Source: an uncultured virus (IMG/VR IMGVR_UViG_3300029305_005063)
Taxonomy: Duplodnaviria > Heunggongvirae > Uroviricota > Caudoviricetes
Reading direction: 5' to 3' (one strand)
Virus record (IMG/VR): IMGVR_UViG_3300029305_005063
Length of the DNA: 64,000 bases
Shown: positions 27,262 to 37,255 of the stretch, in pieces
Layout: each line of letters opens with the position of its first letter
How positions within the stretch are numbered: position 1 is the first letter of the stretch
The notes under the pieces: generated by a model
Seen by the model: the letters and a program-made list of their open reading frames with translations, nothing else
What the model was told of the DNA's origin: nothing
Databases searched by the model: none
Program-made: the position numbers and the translations under genes

Positions 27262-27645
27262 TTACGTGAGTTTGCTCATAGCACGAGCCTTGTCGTAGTC
27301 GATAGCTGGCGGTCTGGTGAGTTTAACCGATACCGTTCCATCTGGGAACTCGGTCACCTTCAGAACTACGTCGTACAGATCACCAGAAAGCGCATTGTAC
27401 ACTGGGAATTCCTTGTACGTCGCATAATTGTCAAGCATACAACCGATCATCTCGGTACCACATGTGGGATGCGCGAAGTCGATGTGCGTATCGCACATAT
27501 ACGCTCCTGAGATGATCATGCTGCATGCTTCTCTCGAGTTCTTGAACTTCTCATTGCATCCGGTGAACATCGAGCTGAAATGACGAAAGTCATCATCAGA
27601 CATGATCATCGGTTTACCCTTCTTAAGGGCCATTTCAAATGCCAT
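27262..27645 (-). CDS. hypothetical protein
   Basis: 127 aa, AAGGAG SD. Confidence 0.6.
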   Translation of the reverse strand: MAFEMALKKGKPMIMSDDDFRHFSSMFTGCNEKFKNSREACSMIISGAYMCDTHIDFAHPTCGTEMIGCMLDNYATYKEFPVYNALSGDLYDVVLKVTEFPDGTVSVKLTRPPAIDYDKARAMSKLT

Positions 27646-27651
27646 CTTGTT

Positions 27652-28284
27652 TTACTCCTTAAGTGATTGTTGTTTAGTGATCTCGATGTACTTCTCCAGC
27701 ATGTTAAACTGGATTTCATCGAGCTGGCGTGACATGACTGAAATGTCAGAGTTGCTGACTTCCAGTTCGGGAGTCCTACCCGCAGCTTCTTTGAATGCGA
27801 GTAGTTCCTTCTTGACGTGTGCTCCAGCAACTATCGTGCCGAGCATCGATGCGGACAGCTCAACCTGAGCGTCCCCGGAATGAGTGAACAGATCCGGATA
27901 GAGCTCGAATTCTTTGATGTCAGCATGGTAGTCCTCTTCCGGATTGTCGTGGACCATCTGATATTTGACTTTCACACCGACCGCGTCGAGAGGAGCGAGC
28001 GTGTTGCGGTGTGTGAAGAGATCCTCCTTGTTATGCCAGAACACGATGTTGATGAATTCCGTCACAGCTCCGTTGTCACCACGGTGAAGACTCTCTCTAT
28101 CGTACTTGCGTCCGTAGCAGAGCGTGCTCACAACGACATCAGTTGGAGTGTTGTCGATGGAGACTTGAGTTTTGAACCTGAGTGAGCCGAAGCTCTTGTG
28201 AGTAGCGAGCTTAAAACAATCTGGATGGAAATAAGTACGCAGGAGCATGTCTTTGACAGCTTCTACGTCAGTTATTGTTCTCAT
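27652..28284 (-). CDS. hypothetical protein
   Basis: Start MRTITD behind AAGGAG. Confidence 0.6.
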   Translation of the reverse strand: MRTITDVEAVKDMLLRTYFHPDCFKLATHKSFGSLRFKTQVSIDNTPTDVVVSTLCYGRKYDRESLHRGDNGAVTEFINIVFWHNKEDLFTHRNTLAPLDAVGVKVKYQMVHDNPEEDYHADIKEFELYPDLFTHSGDAQVELSASMLGTIVAGAHVKKELLAFKEAAGRTPELEVSNSDISVMSRQLDEIQFNMLEKYIEITKQQSLKE

Positions 28285-28307
28285 AGTTGTTCTCCTTTTG
28301 TAGTGGA

Positions 28308-28706
28308 TTAATTGCACATTTTCAGATCATCAATGTCGGTGATGACCTCCACAGGATCGCAGCAGACACACAGACGACACAGACGCTTAAGGCTGATGGT
28401 CAACACTACGTTAACTTTGCCCTGGCGAAGATCGAAGAGACGGATCACGACTCTCGTTGAGACGCATTTGCGATTAGGATTGAGAGTCTGCAACCGAGTC
28501 TGGATGTACTTTTTGGTGAAGCCAATGCCATCGACCGTCACCTGCTGTGAGCCGTCATATTTCTTGAAAGTGACAGCCCTATAACCGAACCGTTGACAGT
28601 TGTCGGTAATGAGCTCTGCCATACGTTCAAGATCGACAGATATGTTTGCAATATCAGTGCATGGAACATCGATTTTGAACATTGAATCTATTGTGGTTTG
28701 TTTCAT
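28308..28706 (-). CDS. hypothetical protein
   Basis: 132 aa, AAGGA SD. Confidence 0.6.
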   Translation of the reverse strand: MKQTTIDSMFKIDVPCTDIANISVDLERMAELITDNCQRFGYRAVTFKKYDGSQQVTVDGIGFTKKYIQTRLQTLNPNRKCVSTRVVIRLFDLRQGKVNVVLTISLKRLCRLCVCCDPVEVITDIDDLKMCN

Positions 28707-28785
28707 TGTGTGTTTCCTTGTTAGTGGTTATGAGATGATAGAGACTGGTGTCCACGTTGGACACCAGTCTCCGTTGAGGTTGTTG

Positions 28786-29346
28786 TTAGTGTTTGAAGAT
28801 GACCATAAGGTCTTCCTTGCTGGGAGAGTCCTCTCTGTTGGACATGTCCTGCAAGAGTCCCTGGACGATCGCAGGGATTTCGTGACACTTCGCCGGCTGG
28901 CTAGACCCGAACAACATCCATCCGTGGTACAGCATGTAGCCGTTGACCATGACGGATACGTCGATGTCATAGATGTGCTTGGCCTCTGGAGGGAACTTGG
29001 GAAGATCCTCCTTCAGATGCTCGCCATGAACGATTTGCCAGAAGTCGCTAGTCTTGCCGTTCTTATAGACCTCGTCGATAGTTTTGCTGTCGGAGAATAC
29101 TCCGTCATCATCTTTATCAGCGGCTCTAACGACGGCATCTTGAGCGATGTTCTTGAACACCTTGTAGCAAGCTTTACTCATGTCAAGCAAGTTGACTTGA
29201 GTTTCGATCCTGAAGACCTGATGACCGTTGATCATAATCTCGGTATCAACCCTGCAAGGAATCTCGCTTGCAACAGCGGTTTCATAGCGCTTGGGATCGA
29301 GATCGATGTCGGGATCCTTAGCGAGGTACGCAATTGAGAGAAGCAT
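28786..29346 (-). CDS. hypothetical protein
   Basis: Start moved to MLLSIAY behind AAGGAG. Confidence 0.55.
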   Translation of the reverse strand: MLLSIAYLAKDPDIDLDPKRYETAVASEIPCRVDTEIMINGHQVFRIETQVNLLDMSKACYKVFKNIAQDAVVRAADKDDDGVFSDSKTIDEVYKNGKTSDFWQIVHGEHLKEDLPKFPPEAKHIYDIDVSVMVNGYMLYHGWMLFGSSQPAKCHEIPAIVQGLLQDMSNREDSPSKEDLMVIFKH

Positions 29347-29348
29347 GT

Positions 29349-29570
29349 TTAAAGTCTCCTTGAGATATAGCAGATGCCTTCGAACATAAGCATCGCTATC
29401 AGAAGTGGCAGAGTGTAGAGGATTATTGCCCACATGCAGATCCCAGTCAACCATCTCTTCCACCTCGGCATAGCTGCGGTGTTAGGATCCCAGTTGAGCA
29501 TGAGCCAGCATGCGAGTATCATGGTGACAACCCACACTACTGCTATCATGCCGTAGAGTAGGATCATCAT
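29349..29570 (-). CDS. small two-TM membrane protein
   Basis: Two hydrophobic helices. Confidence 0.55.
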   Translation of the reverse strand: MMILLYGMIAVVWVVTMILACWLMLNWDPNTAAMPRWKRWLTGICMWAIILYTLPLLIAMLMFEGICYISRRL

Positions 29571-29573
29571 GTA

Positions 29574-30179
29574 TCACACTCCGGTAGAACCGAATCCGCC
29601 TTCGCCACGGTCCGTGTCGGTGTCGACTTTCTCGACCTCAACAGACCACGCCTTGAACACAGGAGCAAGAACGAGCTGAGCAATCTTGTCACCCTTGTGC
29701 ACCGTGTAGTACTCCTTTGTCTGATCAGCAGTCTGCTTCTCAGGGTGGTCATTCCTGTACATCAGGATGACGCCGATTTCGCCACGGTACTTCGAGTCGA
29801 TCGTTCCCGGAGCATTCCAGACGGTAACACCCTTGAGGGCGAGTCCGGAACGAGGACGAACCTGAAGCTCGAATCCATCGGGGATCTTGCAGCGAAGACC
29901 CGTATGAACGAGAACGGGAACTCCGGAACGCAGATCTGTGTCCTGTGCAGCGAACACGTCCATCCCAGCATCACCTTCGTGAGCATAGGAGGGGAGCTTG
30001 GCATTCGGGTCCATGAGCTCGAACTCGAGCTTGATACCGCGAATGTCTTCGAGCGAACGCTCGATACTTTTCTGAATCTGATTCTTGAAGTCGGCGTCTT
30101 TCGCCATCTTCTTCGAGAGTTCGTTGAGATAATCAGTGAGATCAACTCCACAGATCTCAACCTTTTCATTACCTTCCAT
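29574..30179 (-). CDS. dut: dUTPase (trimeric family) with N-terminal extension
   Basis: AGMD, RPRSGLA, GTIDSKYRGEI, GDKIAQ, RGEGGFGSTG motifs. Confidence 0.95.
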   Translation of the reverse strand: MEGNEKVEICGVDLTDYLNELSKKMAKDADFKNQIQKSIERSLEDIRGIKLEFELMDPNAKLPSYAHEGDAGMDVFAAQDTDLRSGVPVLVHTGLRCKIPDGFELQVRPRSGLALKGVTVWNAPGTIDSKYRGEIGVILMYRNDHPEKQTADQTKEYYTVHKGDKIAQLVLAPVFKAWSVEVEKVDTDTDRGEGGFGSTGV

Positions 30180-30197
30180 TTTGTATTCCTTTCTTGA

Positions 30198-30551
30198 TTA
30201 GTTTTGGTTTGATTTGTAAACACCCTCCGCCCGGAGAGTGTAAAATCGAGTGGCTTTTCTGACTATGAACTTAGCCCATGAGAGACCAGGATACAGTTTG
30301 CCGTTACCGTGGCAGGTAGTCTTGAACTCCAGTTCTCTTGCGAACGTGGAGCTGCTGTGCAGTTTGTCTATGAGGTATATGACGCACTGGTTAACTACCG
30401 TGACTTCAGGACGGTCCAGTCCGAAGTCATAGCCGAGTCTCTCATCACACAGAGATGAGAACCGATCGCATAGACGATCGGGATCAACTGACTTGAGTAT
30501 GTCGATGTTCCACGTCAGTGGAAGCTTGACAAACTTTAGAGGTTCACTCAT
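30198..30551 (-). CDS. hypothetical early protein
   Basis: First gene behind early motif at 30578-30595. Confidence 0.6.
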   Translation of the reverse strand: MSEPLKFVKLPLTWNIDILKSVDPDRLCDRFSSLCDERLGYDFGLDRPEVTVVNQCVIYLIDKLHSSSTFARELEFKTTCHGNGKLYPGLSWAKFIVRKATRFYTLRAEGVYKSNQN

Positions 30552-30577
30552 CTGTATCTCCCATTGTAGATGGAAAG

Positions 30578-30595
30578 TTCACCAGGGTAATATAT
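30578..30595 (-). promoter_or_regulatory. early-type promoter motif
   Basis: ATATATTACCCTGGTGAA. Confidence 0.65.
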
Positions 30596-30679
30596 TTTTG
30601 ATCTACTGAAGAGAAAAATAAAAAAGCAACGTACCCAGACGGATGAGCCGAAGCCCATCCGTCTAGGGGTAATCACCGC

Positions 30680-30943
30680 TTAAGCGGGCTGCTCCTCTTT
30701 GGGAGAGGAATCTTGTTGTTCAGAGTCGTTGGAGGAAGGCTTCTCCTCCGAAGGCTTAGCGCCCCAACCGTTAATGAAGACATCACGGAAGCACTCCTTG
30801 ATCATCTTCCAGATGTAGCGCTTAAAACCACCTTCAGAGTGGTCAGCCTTATCATCAAACATGTACAAGAACGGTAAGCCGCCTATAACTACCATAGCAA
30901 GGCAAGCTAGGATGATACTATTATCGTCCATATGTTCCTCCAT
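30680..30943 (-). CDS. small membrane protein
   Basis: One TM helix, acidic tail. Confidence 0.55.
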   Translation of the reverse strand: MEEHMDDNSIILACLAMVVIGGLPFLYMFDDKADHSEGGFKRYIWKMIKECFRDVFINGWGAKPSEEKPSSNDSEQQDSSPKEEQPA

Positions 30944-30999
30944 AGGATGGTTGTCTTAACCACCATAATTTGACTTATTCACCGAAAGGAGAACTAACA

Positions 31000-31764
31000 A
31001 TGAAACGTCTATTTTGTGCCCTGATTCTGGGCACCTTTATGGGTTGCGAGACCCCTGAACCGTGTGACCAGTGCACCCCTAAAGACCCCTCTACTTGGGT
31101 GGTCTGTGTGGGTATGGAGAACTCTCTGTTTGCAGGTCAGTGTCCTGGCGCTGAATACGACTGCAAGAGGATGGTTCGCCTCCTCGGTCAATACACGACC
31201 AACATCAACTCGTTCATCTCTTCCCAGGCGACTTACGCCAAGGTGAAGGCTGCTCTTACCAGAGCTGCTGAGAATGCTGATCTCTTCATCTTCTACTACT
31301 CCGGTCACGGCGGTGCTGCTGCAACCGGTAACAAACAGGAAGCCGATGGTCAAGATGAGTTCCTCTGTCTCTGGGATAGAGAGATGATGGATGATGATCT
31401 CTGGAGTATCATCAGCAAGTGTAGAGGCAGAGTTGTGTTCATCGCTGATTGTTGTCACTCAGCCACGATGTACCGGGCGCCTGCACCTATCACGCTCAAA
31501 CATGCAATTCCGTTGCAGGCTACGCACAATGTTGATGGTGCACTTAGTTTGATGGTATGGTCTGGTTGTCCCGATGACACCTACTCCTATGGCGATGCCA
31601 ATGGAGGCAAGATGACCAACACTCTCCTCAAGTACTTCAACCCCGATAAGTCTTATGACTACATCTGGAGTTGCATTGAGAACGACAAGAGTCTCAAGAA
31701 GTACGAGGAAGTGCAGCGTACTCTCATGGGTCCGAGGTTCGGATCCAAGAAGATCTTCCGATAA
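31000..31764 (+). CDS. lipoprotein metacaspase / C14 peptidase
   Basis: MKRLFCALILGTFMG|C lipobox; FYYSGHGG, EADGQDE, IADCCHS catalytic His/Cys dyad. Confidence 0.88.
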   Translation: MKRLFCALILGTFMGCETPEPCDQCTPKDPSTWVVCVGMENSLFAGQCPGAEYDCKRMVRLLGQYTTNINSFISSQATYAKVKAALTRAAENADLFIFYYSGHGGAAATGNKQEADGQDEFLCLWDREMMDDDLWSIISKCRGRVVFIADCCHSATMYRAPAPITLKHAIPLQATHNVDGALSLMVWSGCPDDTYSYGDANGGKMTNTLLKYFNPDKSYDYIWSCIENDKSLKKYEEVQRTLMGPRFGSKKIFR

Positions 31765-31828
31765 ACAAAAAGAAGAGTTACCGAGTGTGGGATCGCCCAC
31801 ACTCGGTAACTTGCCTTCATTTCTTGCG

Positions 31829-32389
31829 TTACTTCGAACTCTCCTCGCCAGCAAGAGTGGATACGCGGAACTGCGTGCAGGTGAACGCGTCGAGGAAGAT
31901 GTCCGCAACAAGCTCCGCAGAAACGCCGTGCGGATTCTGGAGCGTATCCGAACCGTAGCACAACGCAACCGGCGGAAGCTCGACGTACCTGAAGACGTCC
32001 TTGCTCTTTGGCATCTTGACCTCGCTGAACTCCGGAACGAATCCGAAATACCTGAATCCATTGAGGAGAGTCTTCAGGTACTCGAACATCGCCTCGTCGG
32101 TGATGGTCCAGGATGCAGTGCGGATCTCCTCAGGCTCGACGTAGCTGACGTCATATGCTTTGACGTTGAGGACGAGACCTCCACCAACATCGTGCTTCCT
32201 CTTGAGAAGCATCTGGATGGGGAGCACCTTGTCCGTGTCATGCACGTACACGGTGAGCGTCTTCTTGTCGTAATCGAACGCAGTCGTGAGACCGTCGATC
32301 CGATTGAGGAGCGCGCTGAGACGGTTAGCCGCCAGAGTGACGGGATTGGAGAGCTTGAGCTTTGCGCTCTTTTTCTTGGGAGTTGCCAT
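31829..32389 (-). CDS. hypothetical protein
   Basis: Start MATPKK; biased codon usage. Confidence 0.65.
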   Translation of the reverse strand: MATPKKKSAKLKLSNPVTLAANRLSALLNRIDGLTTAFDYDKKTLTVYVHDTDKVLPIQMLLKRKHDVGGGLVLNVKAYDVSYVEPEEIRTASWTITDEAMFEYLKTLLNGFRYFGFVPEFSEVKMPKSKDVFRYVELPPVALCYGSDTLQNPHGVSAELVADIFLDAFTCTQFRVSTLAGEESSK

Positions 32390-32482
32390 TTTCGTTGTGA
32401 CCTTTCTGAGTTGTAATGAACTCATATAACGGATGTAGTTTTCAAAAAAGAAGATGCCCTCCTTGAAGGGAGGGCATCGGAG

Positions 32483-32989
32483 TCAGATCTGCGTCCAGCA
32501 GATGAACCTCCACTTGAACGCACGGTTCTTGCGATCACGATCGCGTTCCTCTTCCGTCAGGAATATCTGCTCGGAAACAGGAACCCAGATCTTAGTGTAC
32601 CTGTAGGCCACGTCGAACTCGTCCTGAGAGACTTTCTCATCGAGAAGACTCCTGAGATAGTCGTTCCTGGCTGCCACTATTGTAGCCAGAAGACCTGGAA
32701 CTCTAGCCTTGACAACGCAGAATACATCAATAGCATCCTCGTTGTCTGTGTCATCATTGACGCGTTTCTCGATACCTGCAACTATCCGTCTCCAGATATC
32801 ACGGTTCTGGTTGCGGAGGGCTTCCTCAGAGGAGTCCAAACTCCACGTGACACCTAGCGGATACTTGAACCAATTGCATACGCCATAGCGTCCTCCATCA
32901 TCACAGCCTGGAAGGAAGCGTACGAGGTCTTTGTTAGGAGGTAGTTCTTTGGCCGAAGTTTCTGGCGTTAGGTCGAAAATATGAATCAT
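32483..32989 (-). CDS. hypothetical protein
   Basis: 168 aa ORF. Confidence 0.6.
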   Translation of the reverse strand: MIHIFDLTPETSAKELPPNKDLVRFLPGCDDGGRYGVCNWFKYPLGVTWSLDSSEEALRNQNRDIWRRIVAGIEKRVNDDTDNEDAIDVFCVVKARVPGLLATIVAARNDYLRSLLDEKVSQDEFDVAYRYTKIWVPVSEQIFLTEEERDRDRKNRAFKWRFICWTQI

Positions 32990-33016
32990 TCAGTCTTTCC
33001 TTTCTAGAGGGTATAT

Positions 33017-33307
33017 TCAGCAGCAGAACACGTCTAGGTCCTGCAGCGAGTGAATTGTCTTTGATTGTTTCTTGGTTGAGTTGAGTTTTCCTTTGGATTG
33101 TTTGGGATGAGGCTGCGCTACAACTGCACGATCTGTCTTAGCGAACGGATCGATGCCTTTGTAGCGCTCACGGAACTTGTCAGCTTGCGACTTACCAGGT
33201 TCCTTGCGAAGTTTAACAGGTGGACGTTGCTCTGCCTGTTGGCAAGCGAAGAACAGCTTGGTGTCTTCGTTCGCTTTGAGTTCTTTCTTCTTGAGAAATC
33301 CGAACAT
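33017..33307 (-). CDS. basic hypothetical protein
   Basis: 96 aa, AAGGAGG SD. Confidence 0.6.
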   Translation of the reverse strand: MFGFLKKKELKANEDTKLFFACQQAEQRPPVKLRKEPGKSQADKFRERYKGIDPFAKTDRAVVAQPHPKQSKGKLNSTKKQSKTIHSLQDLDVFCC

Positions 33308-33324
33308 TGTCGGTGTCCTCCTTG

Positions 33325-33855
33325 TTAGTGTTCAATACTGGGTTGTTCTGGTTCCGATACACGTATCAGAATCTCGAGCTCGCCGTTGAACATCACGTAG
33401 ATGCGTCTGCAGAATCTGCTTTTCAGATGGTCTTCTTCATTGTACACAACGTACAGAAGCAAGTACGGAAGCTGCACCATGTCATCAGGATGAGCTGGGT
33501 CGCATTCCTTCGCGACGATGGATTTGCACACCGCACCTACGTTATCCCATGCTTCAGCAAGAGTTTCACAGAGTAGGTTGATAACGGTGCCTGCTTCCAC
33601 AGTGTTGTGATCGGCAGACTTGCTGCGTGATTCTACATGAATTGTCCAATTATCGCAGTTTTCGAGCAAGTTACCGAGACTGCAAGTCAGGAACTCTTCA
33701 ACCTCGTAGTCGAAGTCTCTCCTGAAGAATCTATCAGGTCGAACCAAGAATGCGACAGGTAATCTGATCACATTCATCATCTGGTGCTCAGCTGGTTTGA
33801 AGGTGATCGTAGTGTTATCGATCATTTGATTACTCCTTGCTAGTTGTCTAAACAA
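33325..33855 (-). CDS. hypothetical protein
   Basis: ORF track; true start likely MIDN behind AAGGAG. Confidence 0.55.
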   Translation of the reverse strand: MFRQLARSNQMIDNTTITFKPAEHQMMNVIRLPVAFLVRPDRFFRRDFDYEVEEFLTCSLGNLLENCDNWTIHVESRSKSADHNTVEAGTVINLLCETLAEAWDNVGAVCKSIVAKECDPAHPDDMVQLPYLLLYVVYNEEDHLKSRFCRRIYVMFNGELEILIRVSEPEQPSIEH

Positions 33856-34229
33856 CGAAATACGAAGTCATGTGTTCCCGGTATCCTCGATATCGAGATG
33901 TGATTGGCTTTGATGGTGTGTACGATATGATCTTCATTGAGAAGTATATCGCAGTCAGAGAACTTTATCTCTATCGGAGGATCGGTATCCTCACGACACC
34001 ATCCGAACGAAGCGATGAGCTCATCGTGGAACGGGCACGGCACTTCGTAATGCTCCTTGTGAAGAATGTAGACGGTACCTTCACCGTCACCTACACAGTT
34101 CAGAACGCAGAACCGTATCCCGTTGACGAACATGGCAAGACATCCACCATCGCATCCGTATGAGAACTGTTCTGTTTCTGTCATGAACTTGACGAGTTTA
34201 TCGTTCTTAGCTTTTTCAGCGTCAGTCAT
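33840..34229 (-). CDS. hypothetical protein
   Basis: 129 aa, AAGGA SD. Confidence 0.6.
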   Translation of the reverse strand: MTDAEKAKNDKLVKFMTETEQFSYGCDGGCLAMFVNGIRFCVLNCVGDGEGTVYILHKEHYEVPCPFHDELIASFGWCREDTDPPIEIKFSDCDILLNEDHIVHTIKANHISISRIPGTHDFVFRCLDN

Positions 34230-34298
34230 TTACTTTATCCTTTCTTCAGTCATGCAGTAGGTGAGTGGAATAGCTCCACCCACCTACCGACTTGTTGA

Positions 34299-35024
34299 TC
34301 ACGATACGACGTTGTACGCGAACTTGACCATCACGGGCTTCATCCCTTCCCAGTTCCAATGCTTGCGCAGAGTGCTTTCAGCCTTGGTCGTAGGAAGAAT
34401 TTCTTCCAGGATGGTTTTGATCGCCAGCTTTGCGCTACCACAGCCCTTGAATCTGAGTGCTGACATCGGATTGTGAGTCAGCGACGGATATTCCAGGTAG
34501 CGATACCTTATCGGCTGAACGTAACTCGTCTTGAGCGGTTCGCCGTTGCTGTATGTCTCCCCTTCATTAGGCTCGATCTGGATGCACCAGAACGCGAACC
34601 TATCTTCCGGAGTTTTACGATCAAGCCCGCTGTTCGGAGATATTCCGAGAAGGGACCCCTCCTTGATGTTTGTAGGCTGCTTGTTTAGTGCAGCTACCAG
34701 CAGGCATGCAGCGACTATCGACCGTGCTACAGCTACAACGCGACCGTTAGAGTCTTTGATGCAGCATGTACGTTCGTCATCGACGTCATCGTACAGAAGG
34801 AAAGAGTTTTTGATTCCTTCCTTAGTCTCGACCGGATCGATGTGACAGCAACTAGGGACAGGTTCCCCTGTCTCCAGTGCCGCGGTGAACGGACCTTTGT
34901 ACAGTCTACCGAAGACATCGTACAAGACAATGTCCGATAGATGTGTTTTCCTGGTGCACGACCGACCGTCGATCGTGGTCTTGGTGGGGAATTCAGTTCC
35001 CCCGATGACAATTGTGTCTGCCAT
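34299..35024 (-). CDS. hypothetical protein
   Basis: 241 aa, GAGGT SD. Confidence 0.6.
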   Translation of the reverse strand: MADTIVIGGTEFPTKTTIDGRSCTRKTHLSDIVLYDVFGRLYKGPFTAALETGEPVPSCCHIDPVETKEGIKNSFLLYDDVDDERTCCIKDSNGRVVAVARSIVAACLLVAALNKQPTNIKEGSLLGISPNSGLDRKTPEDRFAFWCIQIEPNEGETYSNGEPLKTSYVQPIRYRYLEYPSLTHNPMSALRFKGCGSAKLAIKTILEEILPTTKAESTLRKHWNWEGMKPVMVKFAYNVVS

Positions 35025-35232
35025 CTGTTTACCTCATTTTGAGTTTTCCCGCTTACGCTATCTGCGTATTTGGGACGTTGCCGATTTTGCAGAACCGTTC
35101 TACACTATCAGCAAATACATAATAAATGGATGAATTAGTGATGAAAAATAACTTACAATCTTATGAAGTTTCATAAACACTTACCTGGAGACTAGCCTGG
35201 CTAGTCTCCAGGTACATTGAGGAACTAAGAAA

Positions 35233-36015
35233 ATGGTAAAACTAAGTTTACACGACGACAAAGTCGCACAAGAAGGAGTGCTGACGACGATACTTCTCGT
35301 ACTGTCGGCTCCGTGGCTTTTGCTCCTAGCTGCGTGCACTATAGCCGCACTAGCAGCTATGATTCACGACTGGAGAGAATCCAAGAAGACTCCTACCCAA
35401 AAACTCAAAGACGGACTTGAACGTCTTACGAAGTGGGTAGATGACATACCTGGAAATAGCAGGGATGAACTTGATTTCCACGACGGATTTACTGGTTGCA
35501 AACCGGACCCAAATAGGAGACAACCTAATCTTAAAGCTATAGGCATCATAAGCCTAAGTACGTTCAAGACGTTTGCTGGTAAGCTTCAGAAGTGCACACA
35601 CGCATTGGCTGCGTCTAGTAAAGACAGTAAGTCGATTAAGAAAATCGACACTATCTTTAATCAGAACTTCTCTAAGAAGGATCTTATCTATGACGGAAAG
35701 ACGCCAGTCGCGTTTATGTATCCGACTACGTCCTGTACATTCCCTAATGGTGAATGGTACAAGAATTTCACAAAGTGTGCAGATGAAATGGCTGACGTGA
35801 TGTCCAAGTTCAAGGAAGATCTGCAGGGTATGATAAAAGCATGCGATGCTATTCTTGAAGAGGAGACAGATGGTGTGGACAAGTCTGAACTTCTCGACAG
35901 GGTTGCATTCATCAAGACTGCTCTCATCTACAGCGATCTTATCCGGAGCATACATGTCGCTTGGGAAGATAACATTCGTCGTCTTTGTCAAATCGATATC
36001 GTCTGGGAAGATTGA
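35233..36015 (+). CDS. putative virion head/ejection protein with hydrophobic segment
   Basis: MVKLSLHDDKVAQE|G then TM-like helix; late ATCTTATG motif at 35158-35165. Confidence 0.6.
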   Translation: MVKLSLHDDKVAQEGVLTTILLVLSAPWLLLLAACTIAALAAMIHDWRESKKTPTQKLKDGLERLTKWVDDIPGNSRDELDFHDGFTGCKPDPNRRQPNLKAIGIISLSTFKTFAGKLQKCTHALAASSKDSKSIKKIDTIFNQNFSKKDLIYDGKTPVAFMYPTTSCTFPNGEWYKNFTKCADEMADVMSKFKEDLQGMIKACDAILEEETDGVDKSELLDRVAFIKTALIYSDLIRSIHVAWEDNIRRLCQIDIVWED

Positions 36016-36087
36016 ACATAAGTCAGCATGGGTGTGGATCTCCACACCCATGCTGATCTCGTATGTGTTTACCAACGCAAGATGGGA

Positions 36088-37098
36088 TTACTTGTCGAGC
36101 GTGAACAAACGACGCCACATGGAACCGCCGATAGAGCGGGATGCAGCGACGATACCACGACCGAGATAACCGGAGAGCTTGATGGTTTGCTCAGCAGCCT
36201 TGAAGTACGCCTTAGCTTGAACGTACTCATCCTCCTTGAAGTTGGTGCCCTTGTACTTAGCGACAGTCGCGCTAAGAGACTCCATCTCCTTGACGAGGGC
36301 TTCCGCCTTGTCCAGAGCCGTGAGGAAGCCCTTGCGATCGGTCCAACCACGCTTGCGGATGTCGGATTCCCACTTATAATAGACACCGACGAGCGAAGCA
36401 AACGGAATGAACAGACCAGCTAGGTAGCTAAGTGCTCCAGCAACAACTGCGTTCTGAGCCTTCTTCATGTACTCCTGAACCCAGTTGTTCTCGTTGTAGC
36501 ACGTGTTCTGATAGAACTTGACGTACTTGTTCGAGTCGAACTTACCAGGCTTGACAGACTTCAGATACTTGAAGCAGTTTGTCAAGCAGGATGCAGCTCC
36601 AGGGAAGTCTTCAGCGTCAGGAAGGTACTTGCTGTACACACCGATCTGGAAGAAGAGTTTCCACTTACCGAAGATGGACTCGTCTGCGTTCTGTATGCGT
36701 TCGCGCATCGTAGGAATGAGCTTCTTGAGCTCGGATGCAGTATGGTCGTCCCAGTGGATGATCATACCGATCAGTCCGTCGTGAAGGAAGTCCTGGAGGT
36801 GACCTTCCTGAGCAGGCGAAACCGCTGAAGCCTTGACCATATCGTCAATCTTCACACCGACGTTCTCGAGGCTCATCCCGGAGAACTCAGGCTGCTCTGC
36901 GATGAGAGCCAAGAAGTTTGGATTCTTGGTATCCTTGACGTTCTTCAGCGCTGCGAGAGTATCACGGACGGTTGCCTCCGTATCGAACTCACCACACGCT
37001 GCAGCGTCCTGGAAGGATTCAAGTATCTGCAGCGAGTCAAGCATTTCGACTTCACTGAGAGCCTTGAAACCCGAATCACTCTTAAGCGATAGTTTCAT
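36088..37098 (-). CDS. putative virion internal-head/ejection protein
   Basis: MKLSL start; SLE|N and AQE|G motifs; internal hydrophobic hairpin. Confidence 0.6.
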   Translation of the reverse strand: MKLSLKSDSGFKALSEVEMLDSLQILESFQDAAACGEFDTEATVRDTLAALKNVKDTKNPNFLALIAEQPEFSGMSLENVGVKIDDMVKASAVSPAQEGHLQDFLHDGLIGMIIHWDDHTASELKKLIPTMRERIQNADESIFGKWKLFFQIGVYSKYLPDAEDFPGAASCLTNCFKYLKSVKPGKFDSNKYVKFYQNTCYNENNWVQEYMKKAQNAVVAGALSYLAGLFIPFASLVGVYYKWESDIRKRGWTDRKGFLTALDKAEALVKEMESLSATVAKYKGTNFKEDEYVQAKAYFKAAEQTIKLSGYLGRGIVAASRSIGGSMWRRLFTLDK

Positions 37099-37255
37099 TT
37101 TGATTTATCCTTGGGTTAACACACAAATTCGTTATAGAGACATCCAGGGAGTGTGCCCAGGGCACACTCCCTGGAATCGTTCCACATGGATAAATCTCAG
37201 TTGATGAAGAAGGCTTAACACCCCCCCCAACGAGGGGAGGAGGTGCTAATGCATA

